From sequence record OQ363659.1: a DNA stretch of 64,000 bases; one strand, given 5' to 3'. Positions 7,953-18,122 of this stretch are shown piece after piece; positions within the stretch are counted from its first letter, which is position 1, and each line of letters opens with the position of its first letter. The notes beneath the pieces were generated by a model. That model saw only the letters and a list, made by a program, of their open reading frames with translations, was not told the origin of the DNA and ran no database searches. A program made the position numbers and the translations under genes.

Positions 7953-10091
7953 TCAAGCAGCGTAACGAATTTCGGAGTCTGGTTTGTAGCGCAAGCGCAA
8001 GCCGCGACATTCCAGCAAATGGTTCAGCAATGCAACTGGACGAGAGTTACCGAACGGAATGATCTTCCGGTCAACTGCTCGTGGGATGTTGGTGGGTTTA
8101 TCCGCAGTCATGATGGAATTCACAACAGCGATGTGGGCTTGAGGGTTGTTGGTTTGGTCGATGAGCTCGTTGGTAGGCTCTGGTCCTACTACCGAGTTAT
8201 ACGAACGGGTTTCGGATTCACCACAGGAACGAATTGCAGTCTCTCGACCTGGGGTAGATGCACGGTCCGAGTTATTCAGCTTCGACGGCAGACCGAACGG
8301 TTGAGTCTTAACGGATGCAACAGCAGACCAGTCTTCACCGATCTTTTCCAGAAGCATGATGTATAGATAACCCGACAGGATATTGTCCTTGGTGGTTACC
8401 CAACGACCAGCTTGGTCACGATAGGTCATCGGTCCGAAGTTCGGACGGAACCGCGAGTTGATTACTTTGTTCACACACTCGATCAAGCTCACTTGGTCAG
8501 TGACTGGAGTGAACAGGTAATACTGATCGCGCAGCACGTGATACACGTGTTGATAAGGATCTGGGTCTTGGTTCAGGATCTCAGGCATCGATGGAGCTAC
8601 GATTTCATAGAAGTCGGTCAGCTCTTTATATGCATAGTCAACCCAGGCTTTATCCAACAGCGCTGCTTTGAGTTGTGCATCAGTTGGCGTCTCATGACGA
8701 TCCAACCCTTTCTCGACACGCAGACGTTGTACCAGGTCACGAGCAGCAGCACCCAGGCCATGCTCATACAGACGACCATAGTTCGAACGACGCATGGTCG
8801 AACCACCGAAGATCACTACGTCAGCACGATTGCCCCATTGGTCATAAGGCATTTCGTCCCACGGTTTCACTTCACACACTACACCCTTACCGCCGTGCCA
8901 GTCAGTTGCTTTATAAGCACCGCCAGGCATTTTGATAGCTTCGTAGGTGATGCTTACACGCCATTCATCCAGAGGCTCCAGACGATACATCCGGCTGAGC
9001 TTCCGCTGATCTTGTTTGACCGGCAGATGGATTTGCGCTTCAACTACGAGTTGGTGAAGTGCTGGGCTAACGCGAAGCTGATCTTTCCAGCGACCATACA
9101 GAGTCTGATAGACTTTGAGGATCTCTCGATAATAGTTCGACAGAGCCGTGTGATATTTCATCAGCTGTCCATCCATACCCAGCGGAGTATGAGATGGGTT
9201 TACCCGGTCGTCACGATAGATATTGATGTCAACTACTGTAGCACCAGGAATACCGATGGTAGCTCGGTCGAATGTCCGATCGAGTGTCATCAATGCTCGA
9301 GCCGTCATGTCTGCTGGAGACAGATCTGGATCGAGATCCCGTAGAGCAAACACCACGCCATCAGGTCGGATTTTCTCACCGATGTCAGGGAACGGTTTGT
9401 AGTGGTTCTCATCTCCATACATGTTCAGGAAGAACGCTTTACGACCAGCGTTACCGATCGCATCGTTATAGATACGAGGACTCAGTTTCTCCAGAGCTTT
9501 GTCGGAGAAGATAAATCCGTCTTCAATGGTACCAGGCATCGACATGAACACAGCATTCATGTTTACACCAGCACCCCACATTCCGTTCTCACGAACAGCA
9601 CGGGTTTGTGCGATAACAGTACCAGCTGCAAACATCTGGCCTGGAACCAGATTGTCCATTACCTTGCGGTTCTTCTCCAGCTTGAAGCCGAAGTCTTGGT
9701 GCATCGAACAGTAGTCCGAGATATGCAAGACGTCTTTCGTCTTATGCTTATCGTAATAGTGCTCGAAGATAATGGTTGTAACTGGGTTGCGGCGAATCGC
9801 AGATCCCATACCCGAAGTCGGATACTTACGGATCACGTTCAGGATCACGCAGTCTACCGGGAACTTCACGTCGAACGTGTATTCACCGAACTGCATCTCC
9901 ATGCCAGCCTGCCAACGGCGAGGCTCACAGCCTTCAGACTCTGGCGATTGGCCAATGTGCGAGAGGAACATCGCACCACGTGCAGACGATGTCGTTCCAT
10001 AAAACGGATCGAGACACGCATTGCCCAATAGTGTTTCATCGATATTGCGGGTGCGCAATTTCTGTTGGTACTGTTCAGAGACTTGATACAA
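7953..10091 (-). CDS. rpoB: non-virion RNA polymerase beta subunit, C-terminal part (phiKZ gp71-73-like), uninterrupted
   Basis: 712 aa; YKATDWHGGKGVV (cf. GDKxxGRHGNKG), STMRRSNYG, IRSCGESE motifs; TTG start with SD GGAG. Confidence 0.92.
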   Translation of the reverse strand: MYQVSEQYQQKLRTRNIDETLLGNACLDPFYGTTSSARGAMFLSHIGQSPESEGCEPRRWQAGMEMQFGEYTFDVKFPVDCVILNVIRKYPTSGMGSAIRRNPVTTIIFEHYYDKHKTKDVLHISDYCSMHQDFGFKLEKNRKVMDNLVPGQMFAAGTVIAQTRAVRENGMWGAGVNMNAVFMSMPGTIEDGFIFSDKALEKLSPRIYNDAIGNAGRKAFFLNMYGDENHYKPFPDIGEKIRPDGVVFALRDLDPDLSPADMTARALMTLDRTFDRATIGIPGATVVDINIYRDDRVNPSHTPLGMDGQLMKYHTALSNYYREILKVYQTLYGRWKDQLRVSPALHQLVVEAQIHLPVKQDQRKLSRMYRLEPLDEWRVSITYEAIKMPGGAYKATDWHGGKGVVCEVKPWDEMPYDQWGNRADVVIFGGSTMRRSNYGRLYEHGLGAAARDLVQRLRVEKGLDRHETPTDAQLKAALLDKAWVDYAYKELTDFYEIVAPSMPEILNQDPDPYQHVYHVLRDQYYLFTPVTDQVSLIECVNKVINSRFRPNFGPMTYRDQAGRWVTTKDNILSGYLYIMLLEKIGEDWSAVASVKTQPFGLPSKLNNSDRASTPGRETAIRSCGESETRSYNSVVGPEPTNELIDQTNNPQAHIAVVNSIMTADKPTNIPRAVDRKIIPFGNSRPVALLNHLLECRGLRLRYKPDSEIRYAA

Positions 10092-10124
10092 GGTGGCACA
10101 ACTCCTTTTCGGTTTACCATTTCA

Positions 10125-10142
10125 ATGATATAGATTTGAAAT
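10125..10142 (-). promoter_or_regulatory. early-type promoter upstream of nvRNAP beta
   Basis: minus strand ATTTCAAATCTATATCAT matches the repeated motif. Confidence 0.6.
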
Positions 10143-10164
10143 CCAATACAATGGGTAAACCACA

Positions 10165-10530
10165 ATGGCATTCACAATTTTCAATCAGATGGCTAAGCCT
10201 GGAGACGATTTGTACTATGATCCAGACTTTCGACTGGTAGTAGAAACACATCTCAACCTGCTGATCAACCAGGCTGCCGCACGTGAAGAGATCCCACTGG
10301 ATCTTTTCTATCAATACGAAGGTGACTTCTATGGTTACCTAGTGGAACGTAGTATCGCACCAGAGTACCACTTCATTCTTTTGCGTATGAACGGGATGAC
10401 TAACCCCAATCAGTTCGCGAAGGAGATGAGAGATCCAAACAACCCGCTGGTCCGACCTACTCTGATTCGTCCGAACCAAAACTTAGTTGATGGGATTGTT
10501 CGACTCTACATGAGCAGAAAATTTAAATGA
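10165..10530 (+). CDS. hypothetical protein, possibly LysM/T4 gp53-like baseplate wedge
   Basis: 121 aa; YQYEGDFYGYL...YHFILLRMNGMTNP resembles the gp53/LysM pattern; own terminator. Confidence 0.6.
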   Translation: MAFTIFNQMAKPGDDLYYDPDFRLVVETHLNLLINQAAAREEIPLDLFYQYEGDFYGYLVERSIAPEYHFILLRMNGMTNPNQFAKEMRDPNNPLVRPTLIRPNQNLVDGIVRLYMSRKFK

Positions 10531-10535
10531 ATACT

Positions 10536-10553
10536 GGGAGGCCGAAGCCTCCC
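10536..10553. terminator. bidirectional hairpin terminator
   Basis: GGGAGGC-CGAA-GCCTCCC between convergent genes; ATATGTCGT exit on plus. Confidence 0.8.
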
Positions 10554-10562
10554 AATATGTCG

Positions 10563-11966
10563 TTACAGTCCGTTAGAACCGTATTGTGGCATCATTTGCT
10601 GTTGACCGTATTGCTGGAATTGCTGACCGTACTGCATCGGCATCTGCTGAGGCATTTGTTGCTGCTGTTGGAACACAGCCATGTACGGGTTCTGCGGTTG
10701 CATCTGCATTTGCTGCTGTGCTACCCATGGCAGTTGCGCTTGGCCACCTTGTTGCATTTGAGGCATCATCGGCATCTGGTGAACGATCTGACCGTATTGG
10801 TTGACCATCTGCTGAGGCGGATACTGCATCATCTGTGGTTGCTGGTAGACCGGCTGTGGCATTTGCGGTTGAGTGCTTGCCAGCAGTTGCGCTACGGTTT
10901 GGGTAGGCTTCTGGTTTTGCGGTGCGGATGCAGACGCTGGACGAGAAGCTTGTGGAGCTGCAACTTGGTTGTGGGAGAACATGTTAGCCATCTGTGGCAT
11001 TGCGCCGGACAGTTGTGGCGTAACTACTTGTTGGGTTTGACGTTGCTGTTGTTGTTGTGGTGCCGGGGCTGCTTGGGTTTCTTCAGCTACTTCATCAGTA
11101 CCACCGTCGTTACCGTTCAGCGATGGGATCTGGTTGTAGATCTTCGGGAACTCTTCGATCCACTCCAGCGGGAACAGTTCGATTGGTTTCAGCGGGAGTG
11201 CCAGAGGACCAGCGTAACGGTTGATCGATTGGTTCAGGCGAGTAGCGATCTTGTGATACGCTTGCAGGAATGCTGTGAAGAACGGTGCAACACGGCTAAC
11301 AGTACCAGCCGAATATTCTTCAGGGCTATCACCGAATGGAACGATCAGGCGCAGCAGGTTGGAAATGACTTTCCGTTGCTTTGACGGAACCTTAACGCCC
11401 AGGACATTGTCTTTGTCAGCATCATTGTCCAGTTCATCGAGGATCGGGAAACGGATCACAGCTACCCGGTTAACTTTCTGACCCTGGAATGTACCAGGGC
11501 CTTTCAGGTAAACAGTGATCAGTTTGTTTTGTTTGTGTGCCGCAGGGATCAGCTTATCCAGAATGGTCTGGGTTTTGTCAGTAACGCCGGTGAGCTTCAT
11601 CAGCACATCGGACATGTCTGGGGGCAGGTCTTTGTGGATGGAAGTGTTCAGCGACATTTTGACCAGAGCATCGGCCATGAACGACACCAGGAAGCCCAGG
11701 TGTTGTTTAACGCTACGCTGCATGTGTTGCAGGACTGGCGAAGTACCTTTACGGGAAAGGCTTTCGCACAGCGGGTGATACGGTTGCAGGTCTTCCGTGA
11801 AGCCATCACGCAGACGCTTGTTAGTCGGAATGACCAGACGAGCACCGTTCACTTTTGCTTCGGCCTTGGTACCGGTTGGGGTGACAATACTCACCAGACC
11901 ACTGTCGTCCACGTCATACTGCATGGACTTCAGGATACCCTCATAGACCTTCGAAAGAGATAGCAT
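10563..11966 (-). CDS. conserved Chimalliviridae core protein (phiKZ gp70 position) with Q/P/M/Y-rich C-terminal tail
   Basis: 467 aa; lies between picA and nvRNAP beta; low-complexity last ~170 aa. Confidence 0.8.
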   Translation of the reverse strand: MLSLSKVYEGILKSMQYDVDDSGLVSIVTPTGTKAEAKVNGARLVIPTNKRLRDGFTEDLQPYHPLCESLSRKGTSPVLQHMQRSVKQHLGFLVSFMADALVKMSLNTSIHKDLPPDMSDVLMKLTGVTDKTQTILDKLIPAAHKQNKLITVYLKGPGTFQGQKVNRVAVIRFPILDELDNDADKDNVLGVKVPSKQRKVISNLLRLIVPFGDSPEEYSAGTVSRVAPFFTAFLQAYHKIATRLNQSINRYAGPLALPLKPIELFPLEWIEEFPKIYNQIPSLNGNDGGTDEVAEETQAAPAPQQQQQRQTQQVVTPQLSGAMPQMANMFSHNQVAAPQASRPASASAPQNQKPTQTVAQLLASTQPQMPQPVYQQPQMMQYPPQQMVNQYGQIVHQMPMMPQMQQGGQAQLPWVAQQQMQMQPQNPYMAVFQQQQQMPQQMPMQYGQQFQQYGQQQMMPQYGSNGL

Positions 11967-13608
11967 TCATTGCACCTTGTTGAACTGGGTTATATTGAGC
12001 AGCTGGCATTACGGGATGCTGATATGGAGTAACCATGTACGCATCGTGTTGCGGTACACCTTGTTGCATCGCCATGATGGCCGATTGCTTAGGTGCATTC
12101 GGAACAACTTCCGATACCAGGTAAAGCATGTCGTTTGCGATTTTGCCTGCTTTGGCAGCATCGCGAGTGATGACCGGTGCGAACAGACCATCGGTGAAAG
12201 TAGGAGCAACGAAACGAGTAACCGGCTCACCGAACAGCGAGATGTCGATTACCGAGTCACCAGCCAAGTCGGAAGACATGGACAGCTGGAACTGGATCTG
12301 GTTGTTCATGGAGATGGTGTTCAAGCAGTCTGTTGCCAGACGACGTTCGAACTCGATCAGATAAGGACGCATGTCTACGCCTTCCATGATCGACTTGATA
12401 CCTTCACCATGGAACTCGAAGCGATACTGACCAGGCATGTCACCGTTGGTAACTGCGAAGCTGACGTGACGCAGGAACGTATCCATCATCAGCGATGGGA
12501 TAGTCTGAGCCAGAGTCGAAGAAGCGATCGAAGTCGGATCAGCGCCGTGGAAGTGGTTCGAGTGTTCCGCGAAGTTAACCTTACGCATCGACTGACCGTT
12601 ATCCATTGCCCACTGAGCACAGCCGTGTTGCTGAACCAGTTCAGGGAACAGAGCGCACAGTTCACCCCAGGTAACGAAACCGCGTTCCATGTAGTTTGCA
12701 CGTTCTTTCAGGATAGCCAGGAACGTGTTGCCATGGATGTTGCTGTTGGCTGCGTACGACTGAGCTTCGCCATACAGATGCTCTTTCGAGTTTGCAGCTA
12801 CGTTGCCGTATTGATCGTCACCGAGCATGTCAGCTTCACGTACCGAATGCTGGAATGCACTCAGGGTGTTCGACACATAACGGACAGGAGAAGTATCCTG
12901 ACGATGCGAATACTGATAAGCGCCACACTCACCAACCATGGTACGGTGATCATGCATGCGGTTGATCTGGCCATTGAAGCGACCAGAGTTTTGCAGGCGT
13001 TCACAGATAGCCGAGGTCTGACCGATCGAGAAGATATCTTCAGGACGAATCAGGTGAGAAGATGCTGCGGAGAACAGGCCGTTCTGACCAGCCATCATAT
13101 CGACTGGAGTAACGATTTGGTTTGCCGATACAACCTTGGCAAACTTTTGCAGACCCATTGGAGTGTTCTTCGTGGTTTCCGCGATCACAGTCTCGGAGTT
13201 GAAGTACACACGCATTTGTGGATCGAGGTTATTACCATAACTCACGTCGCACTGGTCGGTATAGATGAAGAAGATACGCTGAGTAGCGGTACCTTTCATC
13301 AGTGGATGTTCTTCGTGAACACGAACCATACCGCGGAAGCGACGAGATTGCCAACCATCACCGCAGATACCGATAACACCTTCAGTCATTGCCGCAGGTT
13401 GAACGATGGTACCGGCGATATCTTGCACTGCCGAGACGCCCAGGTTCATACCACCACGCGTTGCCGAGAGCAACGAGTTAATTGCTTGATCCGTCACGGA
13501 CATTTGGAACGGACGGATGTGTTGTTCTTGGTAAGTACCGGATTGAACCAGGACGAGATTACCGATACGGACAGCTGCGTTACCCATACCAGACATGGCG
13601 TTGTACAT
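11941..13608 (-). CDS. picA: phage-nucleus protein importer PicA/Imp1 (phiKZ gp69-like)
   Basis: 555 aa; directly downstream of the sigma-like subunit; N-terminus ...LVQSGTYQEQHIRPF typical of this family; SD AGAGG. Confidence 0.78.
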   Translation of the reverse strand: MYNAMSGMGNAAVRIGNLVLVQSGTYQEQHIRPFQMSVTDQAINSLLSATRGGMNLGVSAVQDIAGTIVQPAAMTEGVIGICGDGWQSRRFRGMVRVHEEHPLMKGTATQRIFFIYTDQCDVSYGNNLDPQMRVYFNSETVIAETTKNTPMGLQKFAKVVSANQIVTPVDMMAGQNGLFSAASSHLIRPEDIFSIGQTSAICERLQNSGRFNGQINRMHDHRTMVGECGAYQYSHRQDTSPVRYVSNTLSAFQHSVREADMLGDDQYGNVAANSKEHLYGEAQSYAANSNIHGNTFLAILKERANYMERGFVTWGELCALFPELVQQHGCAQWAMDNGQSMRKVNFAEHSNHFHGADPTSIASSTLAQTIPSLMMDTFLRHVSFAVTNGDMPGQYRFEFHGEGIKSIMEGVDMRPYLIEFERRLATDCLNTISMNNQIQFQLSMSSDLAGDSVIDISLFGEPVTRFVAPTFTDGLFAPVITRDAAKAGKIANDMLYLVSEVVPNAPKQSAIMAMQQGVPQHDAYMVTPYQHPVMPAAQYNPVQQGAMNAISFEGL

Positions 13609-13623
13609 GAAACTACCTCTTGC

Positions 13624-15198
13624 TTACTTGTTGAGACGACCCAGATGCAGAACGAGTTCTGTCAGTGTAGCTTTGATGGTCTGCGGGATGACCAGGATAT
13701 TGTTGCTAGTCGGTTGACCAGCTTCTTTATACAGTTCATCCGGTCCACGATAGATCCAATTGGAAGCATGGATCGACGCGGTGGCTGTGCTGATTGCAGT
13801 AGCAGCCATGTTTTCGGTACGCATCGGAACACCAGCATTGGTATACTGGGGTGCCTTTTGGTGAGGGAACAACTCGTTCAACTCGTCTTTGTAACGGTTG
13901 GGGATACGAGAGTTCGTACGGGTAGAACCCAGTTGGAACTGAGAACCCGATTCACCTTGTTTCAACAACTCAACTTGCTGGAACACCGCGATGTCCAGGA
14001 AGCCCCAATGCCAGAGCAATGCTTGAGAGATCGCCAGCATGTTGTTCGCTGCCACTTTGTTGATGTGGTAGAACGCTTTTGCTGGGAATGCCTTAGCCAT
14101 TACCCATTGCGCCAACTTGACTTGGTGTGGGTTGATAGAAACGTTGGATACGTTTTGGATTGCATTGATGCAGAGCTGGAGCTTGTTCAAGTCAACGGTT
14201 GGATCGACTTTAGTTGCCAGCTTCACATAGTCAAAGGTATCCAAGTTAAATGCTTCAATGTCACCAGGTGGGACACGATGCTTTGTTTTGTGTGCTTCGA
14301 GGAACGAGGTCTTTTCGTCTTCATCACCACCAGACTCAGGTTTCTTTTCATTAACCCGTTCAGCGGTAGTGCGTTCGTTCGGATTGATGATGCTACGAAC
14401 GTAACGATAGGCGTTAGCCACGATGGAGAACGATGTGATATCGTCCAGTGGTACAATCGTCAGACGACGTACAAGCACTTTGGATCGCAGGTGTACAGGA
14501 ACTTCGACTGTGGACATGCCACGCCACAGACGACCGAGTGTAGTGGGTTCATCTTCCACACAGAACTGCACATAGCCAGCCAGTTTATCGAAAGCCGTAT
14601 CGACTTCTTCGCCGTGTGGACCTACTTCATTTTGAGGCCAGTTTGCAACTTCACAATCATGCAACAGACCCAGGACTTCCGTTTCTTTGTTGTGGTCGTA
14701 CTCGGAGCTACTTTCGAGATACTCACCAAAGATCGGAATCATGGGACGAATAGCCAACGAGACGGTTGCCAGGTTGATGTATTCGTGTTCGAGATACGTT
14801 TGCTCTTTCTTGTTGTACCGAGACTCAGCGGTGATCTTCCGTTCGATCTCAACCGGAATGAACAAGTTACCCATGGTGGTCAACCAACGGCGCATGCCAT
14901 TCATCGGCATGTGCGAATACATCTCACGAATGAAATGCCGCAGCGACATTGCTACACGCATGGTGTCGAGAGACATGTTCAGAATCTCATGGACTCGCTG
15001 ATACGATTCCCAGATCTTCTGTTGTTTCTCATCACCGAGGAATTCCCAGTAACTATTGATCTCCTTAAACACACGTTGTTGTTCTGCCAGTTTTACCTTG
15101 CAGTAGATCTTGGTAGAGAACGTCAGCTTTTGGCCGAGGTGCTCAGCTGTTACTTCGGTAAACCCAGAGCCCTGGATTCCCGTTACGAGTAGTTGCAT
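13624..15198 (-). CDS. non-virion RNAP sigma-like promoter-specificity subunit (phiKZ gp68-like)
   Basis: 524 aa, size and synteny match gp68; own early promoter. Confidence 0.8.
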   Translation of the reverse strand: MQLLVTGIQGSGFTEVTAEHLGQKLTFSTKIYCKVKLAEQQRVFKEINSYWEFLGDEKQQKIWESYQRVHEILNMSLDTMRVAMSLRHFIREMYSHMPMNGMRRWLTTMGNLFIPVEIERKITAESRYNKKEQTYLEHEYINLATVSLAIRPMIPIFGEYLESSSEYDHNKETEVLGLLHDCEVANWPQNEVGPHGEEVDTAFDKLAGYVQFCVEDEPTTLGRLWRGMSTVEVPVHLRSKVLVRRLTIVPLDDITSFSIVANAYRYVRSIINPNERTTAERVNEKKPESGGDEDEKTSFLEAHKTKHRVPPGDIEAFNLDTFDYVKLATKVDPTVDLNKLQLCINAIQNVSNVSINPHQVKLAQWVMAKAFPAKAFYHINKVAANNMLAISQALLWHWGFLDIAVFQQVELLKQGESGSQFQLGSTRTNSRIPNRYKDELNELFPHQKAPQYTNAGVPMRTENMAATAISTATASIHASNWIYRGPDELYKEAGQPTSNNILVIPQTIKATLTELVLHLGRLNK

Positions 15199-15229
15199 TC
15201 AATTTCCTTTGCGTCTGTAACACAAAACA

Positions 15230-15250
15230 GTAATATAGATCTGAGATTTT
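15230..15250 (-). promoter_or_regulatory. early promoter (TATATTAC core)
   Basis: minus strand AAAATCTCAGATCTATATTAC, 32 nt upstream of the gp68-like gene. Confidence 0.8.
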
Positions 15251-15307
15251 TTACAGTCCCACGATCGGGGCATAGAACATCCTCGTTGGAGGATGCCTAT
15301 ACTTTTA

Positions 15308-16060
15308 TCAGAATGCCATTACGTCGCCGAATCCACCATCATCTTGGAAACCGCCATTGGAGTTACCGCCACCACCATTGCCGCCACGGTTGTAGCCGTT
15401 GTTACCGCCGCCATTACCACCACGGAAACCACCATTGCCGCCACCGCCATTACCACCGCCGAAGTTGGCTGGGTTGGCAACGTTCTTCGCGTTGGCGTCG
15501 AATTGGGATACCATCAGGTTGTACACGATCGCTTCAGCAGGAACCAGATAGCCGATAGCGTAAGCTTCGGACATTTCTTTCGGAGTGATTTCGGAACCAT
15601 CACCGTTCTGGATGCTGTGATACTTCGAAGGACCGAAGTAGAATGGAACACGTGGTCGGCTAGCCTTGGTGCTCAGAACCGCCATGTATACACGACCGTC
15701 TTGTGCACGACCGATTTCCCATTTGGACAGTGCGATGACTTTGTCCATTTTCTTACCAGCCAAGAAATCGTCTTGGTAGATAAATACACGTTTCTGAGGA
15801 ACGTCAGGAACGTTGTTAACCAGTTGCTTCACATAGTGCATTGCTGCTGCGAAAGTGGCGAGGTCCATACGGAAGTCAATCTTACCGTGGTTTTCGTCAC
15901 CCTCAACACCAGTTTTAACAACTACGGTCGGCACGTTGCCGCGTACGTTAAAACGAATCGATGGACGTTTGCTCGAGCCTTGAACCGGTTGCGCATACAA
16001 CCAGGTGGACATTACCGAGAAAGCGTTCAGGATTGGTGCTGGAATGTTGCCTTGAGACAT
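15308..16060 (-). CDS. chmC: phage-nucleus RNA-binding protein ChmC (phiKZ gp67-like)
   Basis: 250 aa; beta-rich core plus GGN-repeat G/N-rich tail ending FGDVMAF; directly upstream of the sigma-like subunit. Confidence 0.75.
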   Translation of the reverse strand: MSQGNIPAPILNAFSVMSTWLYAQPVQGSSKRPSIRFNVRGNVPTVVVKTGVEGDENHGKIDFRMDLATFAAAMHYVKQLVNNVPDVPQKRVFIYQDDFLAGKKMDKVIALSKWEIGRAQDGRVYMAVLSTKASRPRVPFYFGPSKYHSIQNGDGSEITPKEMSEAYAIGYLVPAEAIVYNLMVSQFDANAKNVANPANFGGGNGGGGNGGFRGGNGGGNNGYNRGGNGGGGNSNGGFQDDGGFGDVMAF

Positions 16061-16139
16061 GTTGATACTCCGATCGGATATTCTTTTTTGAGCCCGCTGC
16101 GCGTGCGGGTTTAGTCACGTAGCATAATGCTACTCAGTA

Positions 16140-16973
16140 TTATTTCCTGAGTAGCTTATACAGATCGCGAAGTTCTTGAGATGATGACATTATGTCGTGG
16201 TAAAACTTGTCGGGTGTAGTGATACCCGTCCACTTCTTATCCTTGGAGAGTTGCTTCAATTCTTCGCGGAGCTTCCGTGGTTTCTGCGGTTCAATGAGAA
16301 CACCATCACCAAACACTTGGAGCGTAAACTCCGTGAATGGCATTGGGTACTCATTTTCCTTTATGCCGTTTAGCTTCGTATACCAGGTGTTATACGTTTT
16401 CAGTTTCCCTGTGTGGGATTCCAATAGCAGCAAACGACTGAACTGAGGTTTCCACAACAGTTCATGAGGATAGTGCGTCATTAATGCAACGATACCTTCA
16501 CCCGATTTAGGCTTCTGGTCGATTTCCATTACATCCATGTTTGCAGCTTTCATTTGCTGATAAAGTTCGATTGCTACAAACCGTTCAAACATGTCAAACG
16601 CGATTTGCTTCGGTGTTTCGGGTTTCTTGAATGTAGCTTTAGGAAAGGTCCACTTGATCGCATCCTTAGACGCGAGGTAATAGCGAATCCTTCCGGTAAA
16701 GCCCAGTTGTTGCAATGCGGCTGGTAAGGTTTGAACCTCGGTCAGCAACACTGCAACGGAGTTAGAATAGTCTAACTCCAAAGCTTTGTCTGTGGGTACA
16801 GCTTGGAACAAGTTACGGGCCAGTGTTCGGAGGTTAACCCAAACAGTTTGAATAGTCTTGACGTTGGTCGGTTGCTTGGGGGGATTTGGATGAATCCCCA
16901 ATAAACCTTCGAATGCAAGAGACGTACCGATACTGACCGGTATCTGTCCTACGTCACGTTCGATGATGTCCAT
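16140..16973 (-). CDS. conserved hypothetical core protein (possible nuclease-like fold)
   Basis: 277 aa; lies between the SbcD-like gene and chmC as in phiKZ. Confidence 0.75.
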   Translation of the reverse strand: MDIIERDVGQIPVSIGTSLAFEGLLGIHPNPPKQPTNVKTIQTVWVNLRTLARNLFQAVPTDKALELDYSNSVAVLLTEVQTLPAALQQLGFTGRIRYYLASKDAIKWTFPKATFKKPETPKQIAFDMFERFVAIELYQQMKAANMDVMEIDQKPKSGEGIVALMTHYPHELLWKPQFSRLLLLESHTGKLKTYNTWYTKLNGIKENEYPMPFTEFTLQVFGDGVLIEPQKPRKLREELKQLSKDKKWTGITTPDKFYHDIMSSSQELRDLYKLLRK

Positions 16974-16982
16974 TTAATGCCC

Positions 16983-18122
16983 CTAGGCCATTTCATTCAG
17001 TCGCTGCAAGCATCGCATGATGGACGCTTCATCAGGAGCGAACTTTGCCAACGCCGGTACCAGAAGTTCTCTGATTGAATCACGGGTAATCGCTTTGAAC
17101 TGAGACATATCAAATGCCTGGAAGGTTTCAGCGACAGTATTCTTTTTCGATTCGACTTTATCGACCGTTACAGACCAGTCATAGTGCGGATACTCTTTCT
17201 TGTAGACATCAATGTCTCCGTTAGCAACATCGTTAGGATTGCAACGCAAACGAATTGCAGAACCCCGAACGAGATCTCGGATGAACTCTTTGATCGCATA
17301 GTTGAGTTGCTTAGTGTCCATGCCATGGCATTCCAAGGTGACGTATTTCTTAGCCCCTCGGTTTACAACAAATACATTCTCCCAAGTACCGTCATCTCGA
17401 ACGGATACTTTGAACATACCTTTATCGCCTTCGTCATTATGACAAATACGGTCAAAGCTACCAGCAGCCAAAATACGATCACGAATGGTCATCAAGTGAA
17501 CATGTCCGATCAGGATCTGGTGTCTAACGAGTTTGAGGTACTCTTCCTCGTTATGGGTAGGCTCTGGAACAATAGCTGGGAGCTGATACGAGAACGCGCC
17601 ATGCATAATAGCGAAGTCAACTTTCTCGATACCGAGTTCAGCCATCTGTTTCTTTACTTCGGCCAACGTTACGTCAGTCGAAGGGTTGTGCTTGTCAGGG
17701 ACATATAAGAAGTATGCATCTAACTTCTCGATGTACTCGATCGAAAGGTTTTTGGTGTAATGCAGATCAACGTTAATCTTGGCGTTGATTCGCTGTTCGG
17801 GGAAGAAACGAGATTGCTCTCGGTCATGGCTCGGTGTACCTTCAACGATTCGGATCATCACATTAAACGCTTCACAACGAAGCATCAGTAATGTCATCCA
17901 ACGGTTGATCTGGTGCACTACTTCATCACCATTGTTCAGCTGACGATCAAACAGGTCTCCTGTAATGATCAACATATCTACTTCTTGCAGTAGCTCGTCC
18001 GTAATGGTTAGATCCAGGTTACGGATAATCAACGATGCAGGAGTAGAGCGATGCCCGAGGTGGACATCGCCTAAACTCAAGTAACGAAAGACGCCTGGCT
18101 TTTTGGTTAGATCAGTCTTCAT
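16983..18122 (-). CDS. sbcD: SbcD/Mre11-family metallophosphoesterase nuclease
   Basis: GDVHLG, GDLFD, GTPSHD, MHG and GHVH motifs. Confidence 0.9.
   Translation of the reverse strand: MKTDLTKKPGVFRYLSLGDVHLGHRSTPASLIIRNLDLTITDELLQEVDMLIITGDLFDRQLNNGDEVVHQINRWMTLLMLRCEAFNVMIRIVEGTPSHDREQSRFFPEQRINAKINVDLHYTKNLSIEYIEKLDAYFLYVPDKHNPSTDVTLAEVKKQMAELGIEKVDFAIMHGAFSYQLPAIVPEPTHNEEEYLKLVRHQILIGHVHLMTIRDRILAAGSFDRICHNDEGDKGMFKVSVRDDGTWENVFVVNRGAKKYVTLECHGMDTKQLNYAIKEFIRDLVRGSAIRLRCNPNDVANGDIDVYKKEYPHYDWSVTVDKVESKKNTVAETFQAFDMSQFKAITRDSIRELLVPALAKFAPDEASIMRCLQRLNEMA

Noticed and set aside
11977-15192. 1071-aa plus-strand ORF and many other long antisense ORFs (e.g. 56-823, 796-1599, 22025-23062, 41244-42272, 48441-49178, 51624-52595, 57314-58264)
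   Set aside because: They lie exactly opposite genes with clear motifs, SDs and synteny. The sense genes' codon bias depletes antisense stop codons, and the translations have no recognisable motifs.
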